From NCBI GenBank assembly GCA_964016885.1, contig OZ024741.1:267406001-267470000 (forward strand): DNA of 64,000 nucleotides. Direction: 5' to 3'. The notes beneath the pieces were generated by a model. The model had not been told where the DNA came from. It did not search any database and worked only from the letters and a program-made list of their open reading frames with translations. A program made the position numbers and the translations under genes. Source of the stretch: Eledone cirrhosa (taxonomy: Eukaryota). This document shows positions 49,855 to 63,955 of this stretch, piece after piece; position 1 is the first letter of the stretch; each line of letters opens with the position of its first letter.

Positions 49855-50355
49855 TAAGTCTACGACTTCAGCTATACCATTTACGTGGTTTTGTCTTTGC
49901 GTGCAATTGTGCTCCCCACTCCAGATATGATGTATTATCTTCATTTTTTCCGTTCATTGCCAGAGAACGTCTCTAAGAACCACCTAAGAGAACATTAGTC
50001 TACGACCTCTTTTATACCATAAACGTGGTTTTGTCTTTGCGTGTAATTGTTTTTCACCTCTCCTAATAATGATGTATTATATTCGTTTTTTTCCCGCTCT
50101 TTGCCAGGGAATGTTTCCACGAACCAATGTATCGTCTTCCTGTCTTCCTCCGGTTGAATTGTTTTTTGAAATATTCACTTCTGCGTTCCCAGATTGACTT
50201 TGTTAGTTTCAGAAGATCCCGTTAAGGGTGAAAGCAGCGATTCTTTGCTTAAACCTTAATCTGTTATTTAAATAAATATTTGCTCTACGGTTCTTATATA
50301 TTTGTCCTTATCGAGGCCTCATTGGATTTTAGTCTTCAAATTTATTATTATTACT
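49855..50355 (+). mobile_element. Non-coding HHR-bearing repeat with 140-bp internal subrepeats; minus copy at 63186-63690
   Basis: agtctacgac...cgtggttttgtctttgcgtg twice (49857, 49997); alignable to the reverse complement of 63186-63690. Confidence 0.8.
50205..50255 (+). ncRNA. HHR-like motif, U4A core variant (CAGAAGA), CUU triplet
   Basis: GTTT CAGAAGA T CCC-GTTAA-GGG T GAA AGCAG-CGATTCT-TTGCT T AAAC. Confidence 0.6.
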
Positions 50356-50869
50356 ATGTATATATATATGTATATATAATGAGTGTGTTGTTATTATATC
50401 TGGCAATATTACAACAATATGACCCTCCCCCAAGTATAACTATATATATATATAGGTATAATATATATGTATATTATATATATATATGTATATTGTATAT
50501 GTATATTGTATATATATATATATATATATATACAATATATTAACAAATGGAAACAATATTTATAAAACCATATTTATTTCATTATACATATTTCAAGGGC
50601 CACCAAGTTAGATTATGGTGCGCTTTCATCAAGTAAAATATAATACAGATTAGTTTTATGAATAAATATTGACATACCCTGAAAAAATGCAATCTTACTG
50701 ATTGGAGCTTCCTGGATAGTATATATATATATATTGTATATATATATATATGTATATTGTATTAATATATGTATATTATATATATATATGTTTATAAATA
50801 TATATTGTATATATATATATATATTGTATATATATATGTATATTATATATATATGTGTATATTATATAT

Positions 50870-52380
50870 ATCATCATCATCATCATCATTTTACGTCCGC
50901 TTTTCCCTGCTTGCAAGGGTGGGACGGGTCTTATTCAGCACAGCATCTCTCCACTCGTCACGGTCCTTCGTCATCTCCACCGTGAGCTTCAATGATCTGA
51001 GGTCTGTTCTCACCACCTCCGCCCATGTTTTTCGTGGTCTACCTCTACCACGTCTTCCTTCAACTGGCATTTCCTGGCACTTCTTCACCCATCGGTCATC
51101 CTCCATGCGCATCACATGTCCATACCACCTCAGTCTCCTCTCCCGTACACTACATTCTATCCCGCTCAGACACAGTTTCTCTCTCAACACATTTATGCTG
51201 GGTCGTTCACGCACATTTACACTGCACATCCAACGGAGCATGCTTGCCTCATTTCTCTCCAGCTGTCGCATATCCTCTGCAGTTGCTGCCCATGTCTCAC
51301 TACCATGCAGCATCGCGCTCCTCACACAGGCATCATATAACTGGCCTTTTGTAAGCAGGGAGAAACTCTTCTACGTCAGTAGAGGAAGCAGCTCCCTAAA
51401 CTTCTTCCAACCCGTCCTTATTCTAGATACTATGGCCTCGGAACACCCTCCTCCCATGCTAATCTGATCTCCTAGGTACCGGAAGCTATCCACCACTTCT
51501 ATAGCGCCCTCTTGCATTTGAAAAATGTGTCTATCAGTGCGACTTCTACTGTCTAAGTTCCCTGTACATCTACTGCATACATATTTCTCCCTAACTGTTA
51601 GTTTGCCTGCTATCCTGCTACATCTCTTGTGTACCCAGGATCTGCATTGTGTGCATTTTATAGAATGTATGCCAGTTCCTTTTCTGCATATCGAACATGG
51701 CCATTTCCCTGACGGAATCAGGGTTTTGTCCTCTTTTCTACTCATCAACACTTTTGTCTTAGCTAGGTTCACTCTCAGTCCTCTTGCTTCCAACTGCTGT
51801 TTCCATAGCCAGAATATATTCTCTAGCTCCTCTACTGATTCTGCTATAAGAACCACATCGTCAGCGTAGAGAAGTTCCCATGGACAGCCAGTCTTAAACT
51901 CCTCTGTTATGGCTTGGATGTCTATAATGAACAAGAGCGGGCTGAGGACCGAACCCTGATGTACTCCTACTTGTATCTGGAATTCCTCACTAAACTCCAT
52001 TCCTACCCTGACTTTACTGAGAGTACCTCTGTACAAAGTTTGCACTGTCCTCACAAGCCATTCCTCAACACCTAGCTTCCTTAGGGACCACCAGATGACA
52101 GATCGGGGTACCCTATCAAAGGCCTTCTCTAGGTCAACAAAGGCTAAGTATAGTGGCTTATTCTTCTCTAAGAACCTCTCTTGCAATTGTCTCACCAAGA
52201 AAAGGGCATCTGTTGTACTCTTCCCAGGCACAAAACCAAACTGCATCTCATCTAGTTTGACCCTTTCTCTAATTAGTTGTGCGAAAATACTTTCTGCCAC
52301 TTTCATAACCTGATCTATCAGTTTTATACCCCTATAATTGCTCCTCTCTAAAGCATCCCCTTTACCTTTGTAGCAATTTA
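50870..52380 (-). mobile_element. RTE family A, 5'-truncated, degraded
   Basis: ORFs 51371-52306 and 50891-51325. Confidence 0.93.
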
Positions 52381-52588
52381 AAACTAATCTGTCTCATATT
52401 GTATATATATATGTGTATATTGTATTAATATATGTATATTATATATATATATATGTTTATAAATATATATTGTATATATATATATTGTATATATATATGT
52501 ATATTATATATATATGTATACTATATATATATATATGTATATTATATATATATATATGTATATTATATATATATATGTATATTATATA

Positions 52589-52628
<40 letters not shown>

Positions 52629-52642
52629 GTATATATATATAT

Positions 52643-52696
<54 letters not shown>

Positions 52697-52892
52697 ATGT
52701 ATATATATATGTTTATATATATGTATCATCATCACCGTTTTATGTCCGTACTTCCACGCTAGCATGGGTTAGATGGGTTGTCCTGTCGGCTGATGATGCC
52801 TTGCTCATATGGGAACTGATTCTGGCTGGATGCCCTTCCTAACACCAACCTCATTTAATGTACATTCATATATAAGTATATGTATATATATA

Positions 52893-54235
52893 TCATCATC
52901 ATCATCATTGTTTAACGTCTATCTTCCACACTAGCATGGGTTAGACGAGAATGGTCCCATTTGAAGCAAGATTGGTCGGGTGACCATGTCTCGTTCGTTA
53001 GGACTATTTGGCAGGTTTTCTACTGCTGCCGTTCCTCACACCAACCACATTTACAGTATGGAGTGGGAGACTTTTTACCGTGTTACCTACACGACCACCT
53101 TAGAGCGTGAACTATTTTTTTTTTGTCGTGCCACCTACACGATCTCATTAGTTTGGACTGGATATTGTGGTACCAACATAACTTTATAGAGAAAGGGTGG
53201 TGTTGGTAGGAGTGGAAGGATGGAGTGGGGTAGTGGGTTGGGGTGTATGTTTGGTTTGGAGGGGCCTACTGACTGTAGGTTAACTTTGCACGTAGGGAAG
53301 GCGGGTCTTCTGTATTACTGCATGGCGCCAAAGATCTCAATACAGTGACATTGTCTTAGAGAGATTCAAGTGTGCAAGTTTGGAATTTATCAAGTCGTCC
53401 CAGGTTTTTCTGGGTCTACCTACTCCGTAACTTCCATCAATTTTGATCGCCCTGCACTTTTTTATACAGTTGTCATCTTTCATGTGCATCACATGACCAT
53501 ACCAACATAATCTTCTCTGAAGTAAACAGCATCTGATCCCTCTTATTCCTAATTTCTCACTTAGTTCATTTATATTTTGCCATTCATGTATATTACTATT
53601 ACACATCCAATGAAGCATGCATGCTTCGTTCCTTTCCAGTCTGCGCAGGTCTTCTGCACACAATGCCCATGTCCCACTGCCATGTAACATTGCTGTTCGT
53701 ATACAAGCATCATACAATCTGCCTTTCATTTTTAGAGAGAAACCTTTTGTGGCCAACAGCAGTATTAGCTCTCTGAACTTTTTCCATCCCGTTCTAACTC
53801 TGGCTACTGTACTTTCAGAGCATCCTTCACCACTGTTGATTTTGTCATCCAGGTAACAGAAAGTGTCCACAATTTCTATAGAACAATCTGGGCAGTAGAA
53901 GGAGCTAGTATCCTGTGGGCACTTGCTACTTATTGCACCTGAGCATCGGCCACATATAAAATCTACGTTCTTAGATAGTTTACCTGTGATCCCACTACAT
54001 CTTTTATGTACCCATAATTTGCATTTGAGGTATAAAATGGAGTTTCTACCTACTCCTTTCCTACACACTGAGCATGGCCATTTCCCAGAGGGCACCTGTG
54101 CCCTATTTTCCTTTCTACATACGTTAACTTTAAGGCATTTTGATTCTAGGCCATGCTTCCATGTTTGGAATTTCTTCTCTAGTTCAGCCATAGATTCAGC
54201 TATGAGAGTTAGATCATCTGCATATAGAAGTTCCT
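52893..54235 (-). mobile_element. Older RTE family B-like copy
   Basis: ORF 53337-54191 diverged from family B; ends ~37 bp upstream of the host splice acceptor. Confidence 0.88.
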
Positions 54236-54272
54236 ACAATAACCTCGGTTCTTTTTGTTTCTTTATTTGCAG

Positions 54273-54426
54273 AAACTTGAAACAAATTTGATGGGACAGC
54301 ATAATTTAGCTTTAAACGCATTGAGATTAGCTCATAAGAATGTTGAAGATAAAACAGCTGAAGAACACACGCAGTCTTTATTACAGCAAGAGAAAGATTT
54401 ACTAAAACAACATGCAAAGAATATAG
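54273..54426 (+). CDS. Next exon of the host coiled-coil gene (KLETNLMGQHNLALNALRLAH...KQHAKNI)
   Basis: tttgtttctttatttgcag acceptor, G|gtaggt donor, 154 bp; phase-0 start compatible with exon 631-843; same helical composition. Confidence 0.75.
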
Positions 54427-55419
54427 GTAGGTTTATCTCATCATTATCTTTGCCATCATTTTATGTCTGTTTTCCATGCTGGCATGGGTTGGATGGATTG
54501 TCGTTGCCCTGCTGGGGTTACACTTACTTTCCTCACCAAACCAGTATCTGGTGGAGGAACTAATTCAGTCGCTGCCCAATTGACGATGAAGCAGGTTGTA
54601 TAGGGGTACATGTGTGTGTGTGGATATATAATATAATACAGAGGAATGTAAAAATTGAAATGCGATGCATAGTAGTTTCGACTTTATATATAGAGTATAT
54701 ATATTTATGTATGTATGCATATGTATTTGTGTATGTTTATGTATATATATATGTGTGTATTTATGTGTATGTTTATGTATAATGTATATATATATATATA
54801 TGTAATATTTATATGTACGTTCATACATATATATATATGTAATCACATTTATACACGCACACACATATTCATTTGTATAATATGCATCTATATAACAACT
54901 CTTGTTAACAGGGAAAGTGGATGTTAGATGATGATGATGATGATCACCTACTTTTCTTTCAGTTATTATCTCTCTTCCCATCCTAACCCTTCCTAGTTTT
55001 ACAGGGGTTTGATGACAAAGGAGTAATTGACATGGGAAATTCTTATTGAATCTACTATGTAGGAGAAATGGAAATACCAGTGCAAATATTGTTTCCTTTG
55101 TTAGTTCTGACAAGCAGCATCTTTCCCTCCTCTTCCTTCTCTTCTTCATCATCATCATCATCATTTAATGTCTTTTGTTTCCTGTCAACATACATAGCCG
55201 TCATGTCACAGACCACGTCAGCACTCACTCAGGCAAGCATTAGGCCACATCTTATATGTGTGTATCTGTGTCTATGTTTATATATGTGTATGATAGGTAG
55301 AGTCTGTTCTGAACAGAGCAGGCTGTTCTCAACATTCTAGGCTTTTAACGAAGATATAAGTATGCATCCCCATAAGGGAATGCCTGTTGTGTGTAAGCTA
55401 CTCTTAGGATTTTATGTCA

Positions 55420-55600
55420 ACACTTGTGGCATCATTCGTCGACTACTGTCGAGATGACGGATCTCACTCTCATGCCCCAGAATTCCCTGTCCCCCATCGC
55501 TGCCCCCAGGTTTTGTCTACTGATTCCCGTATCCCTAGAGATAACGTCAGGGAATGACAGCTTCCTACTCCTAGTCAGGCTGGAGTCAAGGTTCCAGAGC
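55420..55600 (-). mobile_element. 3' end of another RTE-like LINE
   Basis: RKLSFPDVISRDTG...AMGDREFW resembles the C-terminus of family D. Confidence 0.55.
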
Positions 55601-56226
55601 AAGAGAGCGGATATGATTTCATATGATTTCATAGTTATCCTTATATGCGGATATGATTTCATAGTTATCCTTAAGTGGAGATAGGAACAATGAAGGGGAT
55701 TGTGGCTTAGTATATATATTCTTACAATTAAAATGACACAGGAACAAGGAAGTGGAGAGAGAGAGGGGAATCAATTTTGTTGTATTAGGATATAACCAAC
55801 CAATCTAAGTAGGGAAAAAAGATGAAGAGAAAATAATGATATGTTTCACTCTACTTTTGATTTTAGAATGTCTATATATGTGCATGCATGGTTGTGCGCT
55901 TAAGACAGTTGCTTTACAACTATGTATTTCTGGGTTCAATCCCACTGAGCAAGTGTATTCTACTATAGCCTCAAGTTGATCAATGCATTGTGAGTGGAAA
56001 CTAGGTAGATGGAAACTGCAGAAGCCCCCCTCTCTCTCTATATATATATGTGTGTTTGTGTATATATATGTATATATATAAATAATGTAAATATGTATCA
56101 TCATCATCATCATCATCGTTTAATGTTCATTTTCCATGCTAGCATGTATATGAATGAGCACTTGATGTTCTTGGTGAGCAGTGTATCAATAGTATTAATA
56201 TATAAGGGAACAAAGAAGCAGTGTTG

Positions 56227-56302
56227 CATATTACACATGTTTCACTGTCAATCAGCTCAAGGAACGATCTATTAATGATCGATCGGAAGCTCCTCAGATG
56301 TG
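56227..56302 (-). ncRNA. Decayed hammerhead ribozyme
   Basis: Minus: CACAT CTGAGGA [stem II] GAA ACATGTGT A ATATG; homologous to 11117-11208. Confidence 0.6.
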
Positions 56303-56371
56303 TGTTCACATGTAGACACACGCCTATATATAAATATATTTAATTATATAATAAACAACACAATACAATTA

Positions 56372-56445
56372 TTCCATTTACCCAAGGTTTCATGAAGGCA
56401 GACAACCTCACCAGGGGGTGTCCGAAGTCGTTCATCAGAAGGGAA
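56372..56445 (-). ncRNA. Type I hammerhead ribozyme
   Basis: Minus: TTCCCTT CTGATGA [stem II with GGACA/TGTCT] GAA ACC-TTG-GGT A AATGGAA. Confidence 0.72.
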
Positions 56446-56584
56446 AAATTTAATATGGATGTAAGATATGAAATTAAAAACAAAATCTATAATTGAAAGT
56501 GAGGCTGAAATAAAATAAAATAATGGGAAAAGATATATACACACAGATGCAGAACGTAAGGTTAGGGGATAAAGATATATATAT

Positions 56585-59500
56585 CATCATCATCATCATC
56601 ATTTCACATCCGCTTTTCCCTGCTTGCAAGGATGGGACGGGTCTTATTCAGCACAGCATGTCTCCACTTGTCACGGTCCTTCGTCATCTCCACCGTGAGC
56701 TTCAGCGATCTGAGGTCTGTTCTCACCACCTCCGCCCATGTTTTTCGTGGTCTACCTCTACCTCTACCACGTCTTCCTTCAACTGGCATTTCCTGGTACT
56801 TCTTCACCCATTGGTCATCCTCCATGCGCACCACATGTCCATACCACCTCAGTCTCCTCTCTCATACACTACATTCTATCCCTTTCAGACACAGTTTCTC
56901 TCTCAACACATCCATACTGGGTCGTTCTTGCACATTGACATTGCACATACAACGGAGCATGCTTGCCTCATTTCTCTCCAGCCGTCGCATATCCTCTGCA
57001 GTTGCTGCCCATGTCTCACTACCATGCAGCATCGCACTCCTCACACAGACATCATATAACCGGCCTTTCGTACGCAGGGAGAAAACCTTCTTCATCAGCA
57101 GAGGAAGCAGCTCCCTAAACTTCTTCCAACCTGTCCTTATTCTAGATACTATGGCCTCGGAACACCCTCCTACTATGCTAATCTGATCTCCTAGGTCCCA
57201 GAAGCTATCAACCACTTCTATAGCACCCGCCTGCATTTGAAAAATGTGTCTATCAATACGACTTCTACTGTCTAATTTCCCTGTACATCTACTGCATACA
57301 TATTTCTCCCTACCTGTTAGTTTGCCTGCTATCCCACTACATCTCTTGTGTACCCAGGATCTGCATTGTGTGCATTTTATAGAATTTATGCCAGTTCCTT
57401 TTCTGCATATCAAACATGGCCATTTCCCTGCCGGAATCAGAGTTTTGTCCTCTTTTCTACTCATCAACACTTTTGTCTTAGCTAGATTTACTCTCAGTCC
57501 TCTTGCTTCCAACTGTTGTTTCCATAGCCAGAATTTATTCTCTAGCTCCACTACTGATTCTGCTATAAGAACCAGATCATCAGCATAGAGAAGTTCCCAT
57601 GGACAGCCAGTCTTAAACTCCTCTGTTATGGCTTGGAGGACTATAATGAACAAGAGCGGGCTGAGGACCGAACCCTGATGTACTCCTACTTGTATCTGGA
57701 ATTCCTCACTAAACTCCATTCCTACCCCGACTTTACTGATAGCACCTCTGTATAAAGTTTGCACTGTCTTCACAAGCCATTCCTCAACACCTAGTTTCCT
57801 TAGGGACCACCAGATGACAGATCGGGGTACCCTATCAAAGGCCTTCTCTAGGTCAACAAAAGCTAAGTATAGTGGCTTATTTTTCTCTAAGAACCTCTCT
57901 TGCAATTGTCTCACCAAGAAGAGGGCATCTGTTGTACTTTTCCCAGGCACAAAACCAAACTGCATCTCATCTAGTTTGACCCTTTCTCTAATTAGTTTTG
58001 CTAATATCCTTTCTGCCACTTTCATAACCTGATCCATCAGTTTTATACCCCTATAATTGCTCCTCTCCAGAGCATCCCCTTTACCTTTGTAGCAATTTAT
58101 GAGAATACTGCTGCACCAGTCTTTGGGTTTGACACCACCATATATAGCCTGAGTGATGATGCGTGCAACCAGTTTAGTGCCTACGTCCCCTGATGCCTTC
58201 AGCATTTAAGCCAACTATCACCGATGGTCCAGCAGCCTTACCATTTTTCATTTCCTTAATCGCCTCTTGGACCCTATATTCGTCAATCTCAATAGCTGGT
58301 CCCTCTGTCGGGTCTACTGAGGGTAATTTCTCTCTCTCCCATTTGTTCTCCACATTCATCAGTCTCTCATAATGACATTTCCAGGCCTCCTTTTTCTGAT
58401 CATTCGTGACACTAAGTACACCGGCATCATTCCAGACACATTTATCTCCAACAACATCCTGATTAGCATTCACACACTGCCTTGCAATGTGGAACATTGC
58501 ACGTCTCTGACCTTCCTGCTGCAGAACATTGGCAAACCTCCTACTCTCAGCCTCCATGTGTGCTAAGTACACCTGATGTCTAGCTTCTCTCTTAGTGGCT
58601 GTATATCCTTCTCTACTCCCACCCTTTTTCCAAGCCTTCCATGCTAGTTTTTCGTCTCTAATGGCCCTATCTACCGTGCTGTTCCACCACCAGGTCATTC
58701 TCTGTCTGGTTGGAGCTCTGCTCCAGCCACAAGTTTCATTAGAAGCCTGCAGTAAGTTGTTACGTAAGAAATTCCAGTTATTATCTATGTCATACGACTC
58801 TGAATCGTCTTCTTTTTCGACATACACATCTTGAAGGGCTTTCTTAAATTTGTATTTTAGTGAAAGGTCTTTTAGCTTCCAGACCTTTCTTCTCCACACC
58901 TTCCTGTATGTCTCATTCCGTCTCTTGCTTACTGAGATATCACTAATGACTAACCTATGCTGTGGGGTACATTCTTCCCCAGGGTATGCCTTGGTATTTG
59001 ACACCATCTGCCTGTCCCGCTGCCTAACTAGTAAGAAGTCAATCTGGCTTATGTGCTCACCTAATTTGTAGGTTATTAGGTGGTTGGCAGGTTTCTGGAA
59101 GTTAGTGTTGCAAATGGTAAGTGTACTTGCATCAAACAATTCAAGAAGCCTCACTCCTTCTTCATTTCTTGAGCCGTAATCGTGCCCACCATGTACCCCA
59201 GTGTAACCATCCTGGAGCTGTCCAACATGACCATTGAAGTCCCCTGCTAGCATAACGATGTCTCCGTCCTCTGTCATTGCAGCTGTTTGTAAAACTTGCT
59301 CGTAAAAGCAGTCTTTCTCTTCTTTACCTAGGCCTGCTTGGGGAACATAGGCAGAGATGATTGTCAGTAGTCTCATGCCTACAACTAATCTAAGCTTAAT
59401 TATTCAATTATTAACTCAAACTACCTCTATTGTCTTATTGATCCATCTCTCAGCCAGGAAAATTCCTACTCCCCCTAACCCATCATCCTTACCTACCCAG

Positions 59501-60977
59501 AATAGCTTATAGCTAAGACGTTTGCCTGCGAATAGTCCTGCAGAGGCACCTCTCTCCATCTCACCTCTTGCACGCAACACACATCCACATGCCTTCTCTC
59601 CAGCATCTCCACTATTTCACCAGATCTACCTGTGAGAGTGCCAACATTAAGTGTTGCAACTCTGAGATGCGATGTCTTCATATTTTTGTTGTTCCTTTGC
59701 TTGAAGATGGTCGGGGGGTTCTCGCACATGACCGCACCAGCCACCCCACTACCGTACACAGCCCTAACATGGTTAGTGCTATTGCTGATTACGCAGTTAT
59801 TGCGATATATATTTGTTGTTGTGCTCATAATTGTTTTGTTTTTGATACACTGGTTGGATGCCCTTCCTAACACCAGTGCCACTTTACAGCATGGACTGTG
59901 TGCTTTAATTCGTGCCACCAGCACTAGAGAGGATGTCGTGCTGGATTCATGCGCCCTTTTACAGCATGGTCATAACAATAATATCAATAACAATAACACT
60001 TAATAGTTATTAATTAATGCAACCGTGCAATGCCTGTGCGTGAAGAATATTTTTAAAGTGAGGAAAGACTGTGCACTGAGCCAATCCCACTCTCTGAGCG
60101 ACAGTAGCTATAACCCGAAAAGAGGAAAAGATCAACATCATCGGTAACTACCGAACCACAGGTTTTATGTCGGAGTTAACCCAGTTTCCTGAGATGCCTT
60201 CTTCTAGAAGAATGCTCTGACAAGGTCTAGGGATCCTTCACTCCCAGTGGTTTAACTGCGCGATCGGGTATCCAGCCCAATTATTTCTATGTCCCCGTGC
60301 AAAAATAAAACAAAAAAAAACACTTATTGACACTCACGGTACACACACACACCAACACTCATGCATACAAACACACACACGCCACTCACACACACATACA
60401 TATATTACCGTCTGTACTGATACAAAATGATGTCAACTGACTTTAGGAGCTCATATAATTGAAGCCAAGTGTTACAGTTCAGTATTATTATAATAATTGT
60501 TTGCTTTACAGCATAGAGCAACGGCTCTCCACGTTCCGGGCCCAAAACAAGGCACCAGCAATGCGCTGGGACAATCGCTGCCCCGTGCCAAGAACAGAAT
60601 AATTATTACTATTATTATAGTTGTTGTTTTCTTCTTAAGGCCTGATCGCTGGTGATGGTGATGGTGATGGTGGTGGTGGATGGTGTCAGTGATGATGATG
60701 GCAGTTGTTGTTGTTGTTGTCGTTGTTGCTGCTGCTGCTGCTGCAGACAATGGTGTTGTTGCTGTTGTTGTAGTCGCTGGGTTGAAATTTTGAAATTTGA
60801 TCGCTTCGCGTGTGTGATATATACATATATATATACACATATATATATACATACACACACATTCAACACAGACAATGGTGTTGTTGCTGTTGTTGTTGTT
60901 ACAGTTGCTGTTGTTGTTGTAGTTGCTGTTGTTGCTGTGTTGAAATCTGGTCGCATCGACTGAGATATATATATATT

Positions 60978-61010
<33 letters not shown>

Positions 61011-61455
61011 ATATGAGGTTGGTGTTAGGAAGGGCATCCAGCTGTAGAAATCAAGCCAGAATCAGTTCCCGTCCCACCCTCGCAAGCAGGGAAAAGTGGA
61101 CGTAAAATGAAATGATGATGATGATGATGATGATATATACACACATACATACATATATATATATACACACACACATTCAATACAGAGAAAGGAGTTTAGC
61201 AACAGGTCAGTGATATATATATATACACACATACATACATATATACACACACACATTCAACACAGAGAAAAGAGTTTGGCAACATGTCAGACACCTTAGT
61301 GTAGATAGGGTAATGACTTGTAAATGTGGTGGTGGGGAGCGAGTGTAGACGTTATTGTGGTGGAAGGGGTCAGTGAGATATATCAAGTTCATAGTTCACT
61401 TTGCTTCACTTTTCAAAATTTGAATTTATGGCCATTTTGCAATGGGGTGCAAGTA
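56585..61455 (-). mobile_element. Older full-length RTE family A copy with frameshifts and nested inserts in the 5' UTR
   Basis: ORFs 59493-59924, 58174-59376, 56862-58205 and 56604-56834; 5' UTR homologous to 29838-30898. Confidence 0.9.
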
Positions 61456-61945
61456 AACGTAAAATGTAAAATCTAAATAGAGATTGCTCTGGAAAATGCG
61501 TAAGCATACATACACACATAGTCACACTTTTATAAGTATGTAAGTCGTCATAATAAGATGTTCATATACATAAATAAAGCCCAAAATAAGAACTATTCCA
61601 GAGCTAGGATGTTGAAATGATTACATGTATACATAGGACCAGACAGGCAAGAGTTAAAAAGTAAAAAAATAAAAAAATAAATTATAAATATATAAAAATA
61701 TACACATAATATGTGCACACACACACAAACCAGCAGACATGTGGCCAGACAGGCATAAGTTAAAAAGTAAAATATAAAAATAAAAGAATAAAAATTTCTT
61801 TTAAAATAAACATATAAATATATATACACACATAAATACATAGAAACATGTACTCACCGCACGCACAAAAAAGCATACGTACATATACCATACATATATA
61901 TATGTACATATATATACACACGGACACATACACACATATATATAA

Positions 61946-62004
<59 letters not shown>

Positions 62005-62674
62005 TATATACGTGTACATAGACGCATACATACAACACATGCACATACATACATATTGATTAGTCTATTTTAGACCACTCAAAAGAATATCAGAAAGGCA
62101 CTAAAAAATGTTCTTAGTGCATAACCGAGAAATATAGAATCCTGCAAAATGTGTAATCTCCTAATACTTGCCTCAATTCTAAAACTGAAATCTTCAGAAG
62201 TTGTCCACACATGAAATCACATCATGCCAGCTGTCAACCGTGATGTAATATTAGGAAAAGCACTCGATGTTATGCAAATCATCCATCTTCGTTTATGTTG
62301 AATCTTGCTGGTGGTGTGAGAATGGAGTTAGTTATTATTGAGTAAAATGACATGAGGCTGGACTTGTGAAATTCTTTCAAAGATTTATTATAGCAAACTC
62401 TATGCACATTTCAATGCACGGTACAAAGGTAACCTAAGGGCAGCAGCAACAAACTCCGTCTTGCACCAATGGCCAGCCAACATAGGCTAGAGATAGAATG
62501 TGTAGCAACAAGGGGGGGTGCCTCAGCATCGCCTCCGCCAGATGGCTGGAACAGGAAAAAGAGTAAAAGAGTATATATACATATATATATTGCTCTGTTT
62601 AATCAGCTCCCGATTATTACTGGAATTCTATAAGAATCCAGCCTCTATAATTCTCAGCAAAGGCAACTGAGTGT

Positions 62675-62724
62675 GTGGTCTTGATAAACGCTCACAAGCG
62701 AGAAACAGACTGTCTGTCAGCCGC
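62675..62724 (+). ncRNA. HHR-like motif with compensatory U3-A8 core (UUGAUAA)
   Basis: GTGGTC TTGATAA A CGCT-CACA-AGCG A GAA ACAGAC-T-GTCTGT C AGCCGC; flanks 62650-62667 and 62730-62747 pair and extend stem I. Confidence 0.6.
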
Positions 62725-63108
62725 TTTCTGTTGTTTTTGCTGAGAATAAGTAAGTAACATAGTCACTACTTTAAAACTAATAGCGAATGGTCTTCTAAAT
62801 GTTTTTAATTAAACATACGGTATATTGCCAAATATACTATACATAGATTCATGTATATATCGCTATTTCAGAGCACCAATACTAATACCATATATATATA
62901 GATACACACATATATATATATATGAAGGAGTGTATCTGAGTGGTTAGAGAATTGGATTCACAATCAATGCGTTGTGTCCTTGAGCAAGACACTTTATTTC
63001 ACGCTGCTCCTTCTACCTGGTGTTGCGACCAATAGATAGTATTAGCAATTGGAAAGACCAATGGAAACATTGTTTCCTTGGTCCGATTTGACGAAAGTCG
63101 ATCAAATT

Positions 63109-63160
<52 letters not shown>

Positions 63161-63294
63161 GATATATATATATATAGATATATAGTAATAATAATAAATT
63201 TGAAGACTAAAATCCAAAGAAGGCTCGATAAGGATAAATATATATCAAATATATAAGAACCGTAGAACAAATATTTATTAAAATAACAGATTAA

Positions 63295-63345
63295 AGTTTA
63301 AGCAAAGAATCGCTGCTTTCACCCTTAACGGGATCTTCTGAAACT
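63295..63345 (-). ncRNA. HHR-like motif, CAGAAGA family
   Basis: Minus: AGTTT CAGAAGA TCCCGTTAAGGGT GAA AGCAGCGATTCTTTGCT T AAACT. Confidence 0.6.
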
Positions 63346-63812
63346 AACAAAGTCAATCTGTGAACGCAGAAGTGAATATTTCAAAAAACGTTGCAACCGG
63401 AGGAAGACAGGAAGACGATACTTTTATTGGTGGAAACGTTCCCTGGCAAAGAACGGGAAAAAACGAATATAATACGTCATTATTTGGAGCGGTGAAAAAC
63501 AATTACACGCAAAGACAAAACCACGTATATAAAAGAAGTCGTAGACTAATATTCTCTTAGGTGGTTCATAGAGGCGTTCTCTGGCAATGAACGGAAAAAA
63601 TGAAGATAATACATCATATGTGGAACGTGGAGAATAATTGCACGCAAAGACAAAACCACGTAAATGGTATAACTGAAGTCATAGACTAATTCCGATAAAA
63701 CTGGCATCCTATATTAAGTGGAGCGCAGTACTTACCATCAACTACTACATAATGCTGTAACTAAGGATTACCGTAAAACTAATTAGTGCGTCATTAATGA
63801 AATCAACGATGC

Positions 63813-63955
63813 ATCTCATTTCTACAGCTGAGTAAACTGGAGCAATGTGAAATAAAGTGTCTTGTTCAAGGAAACAACACATCACCCGGTCTGAGAATTG
63901 AACTCACAACCTTTCGATTGCAAGGCCAATATTCTAACCACTAAGCCATGTGCCT
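63813..63955 (-). mobile_element. tRNA-head SINE, 5' half
   Basis: Reverse complement of 45872-46015. Confidence 0.85.
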
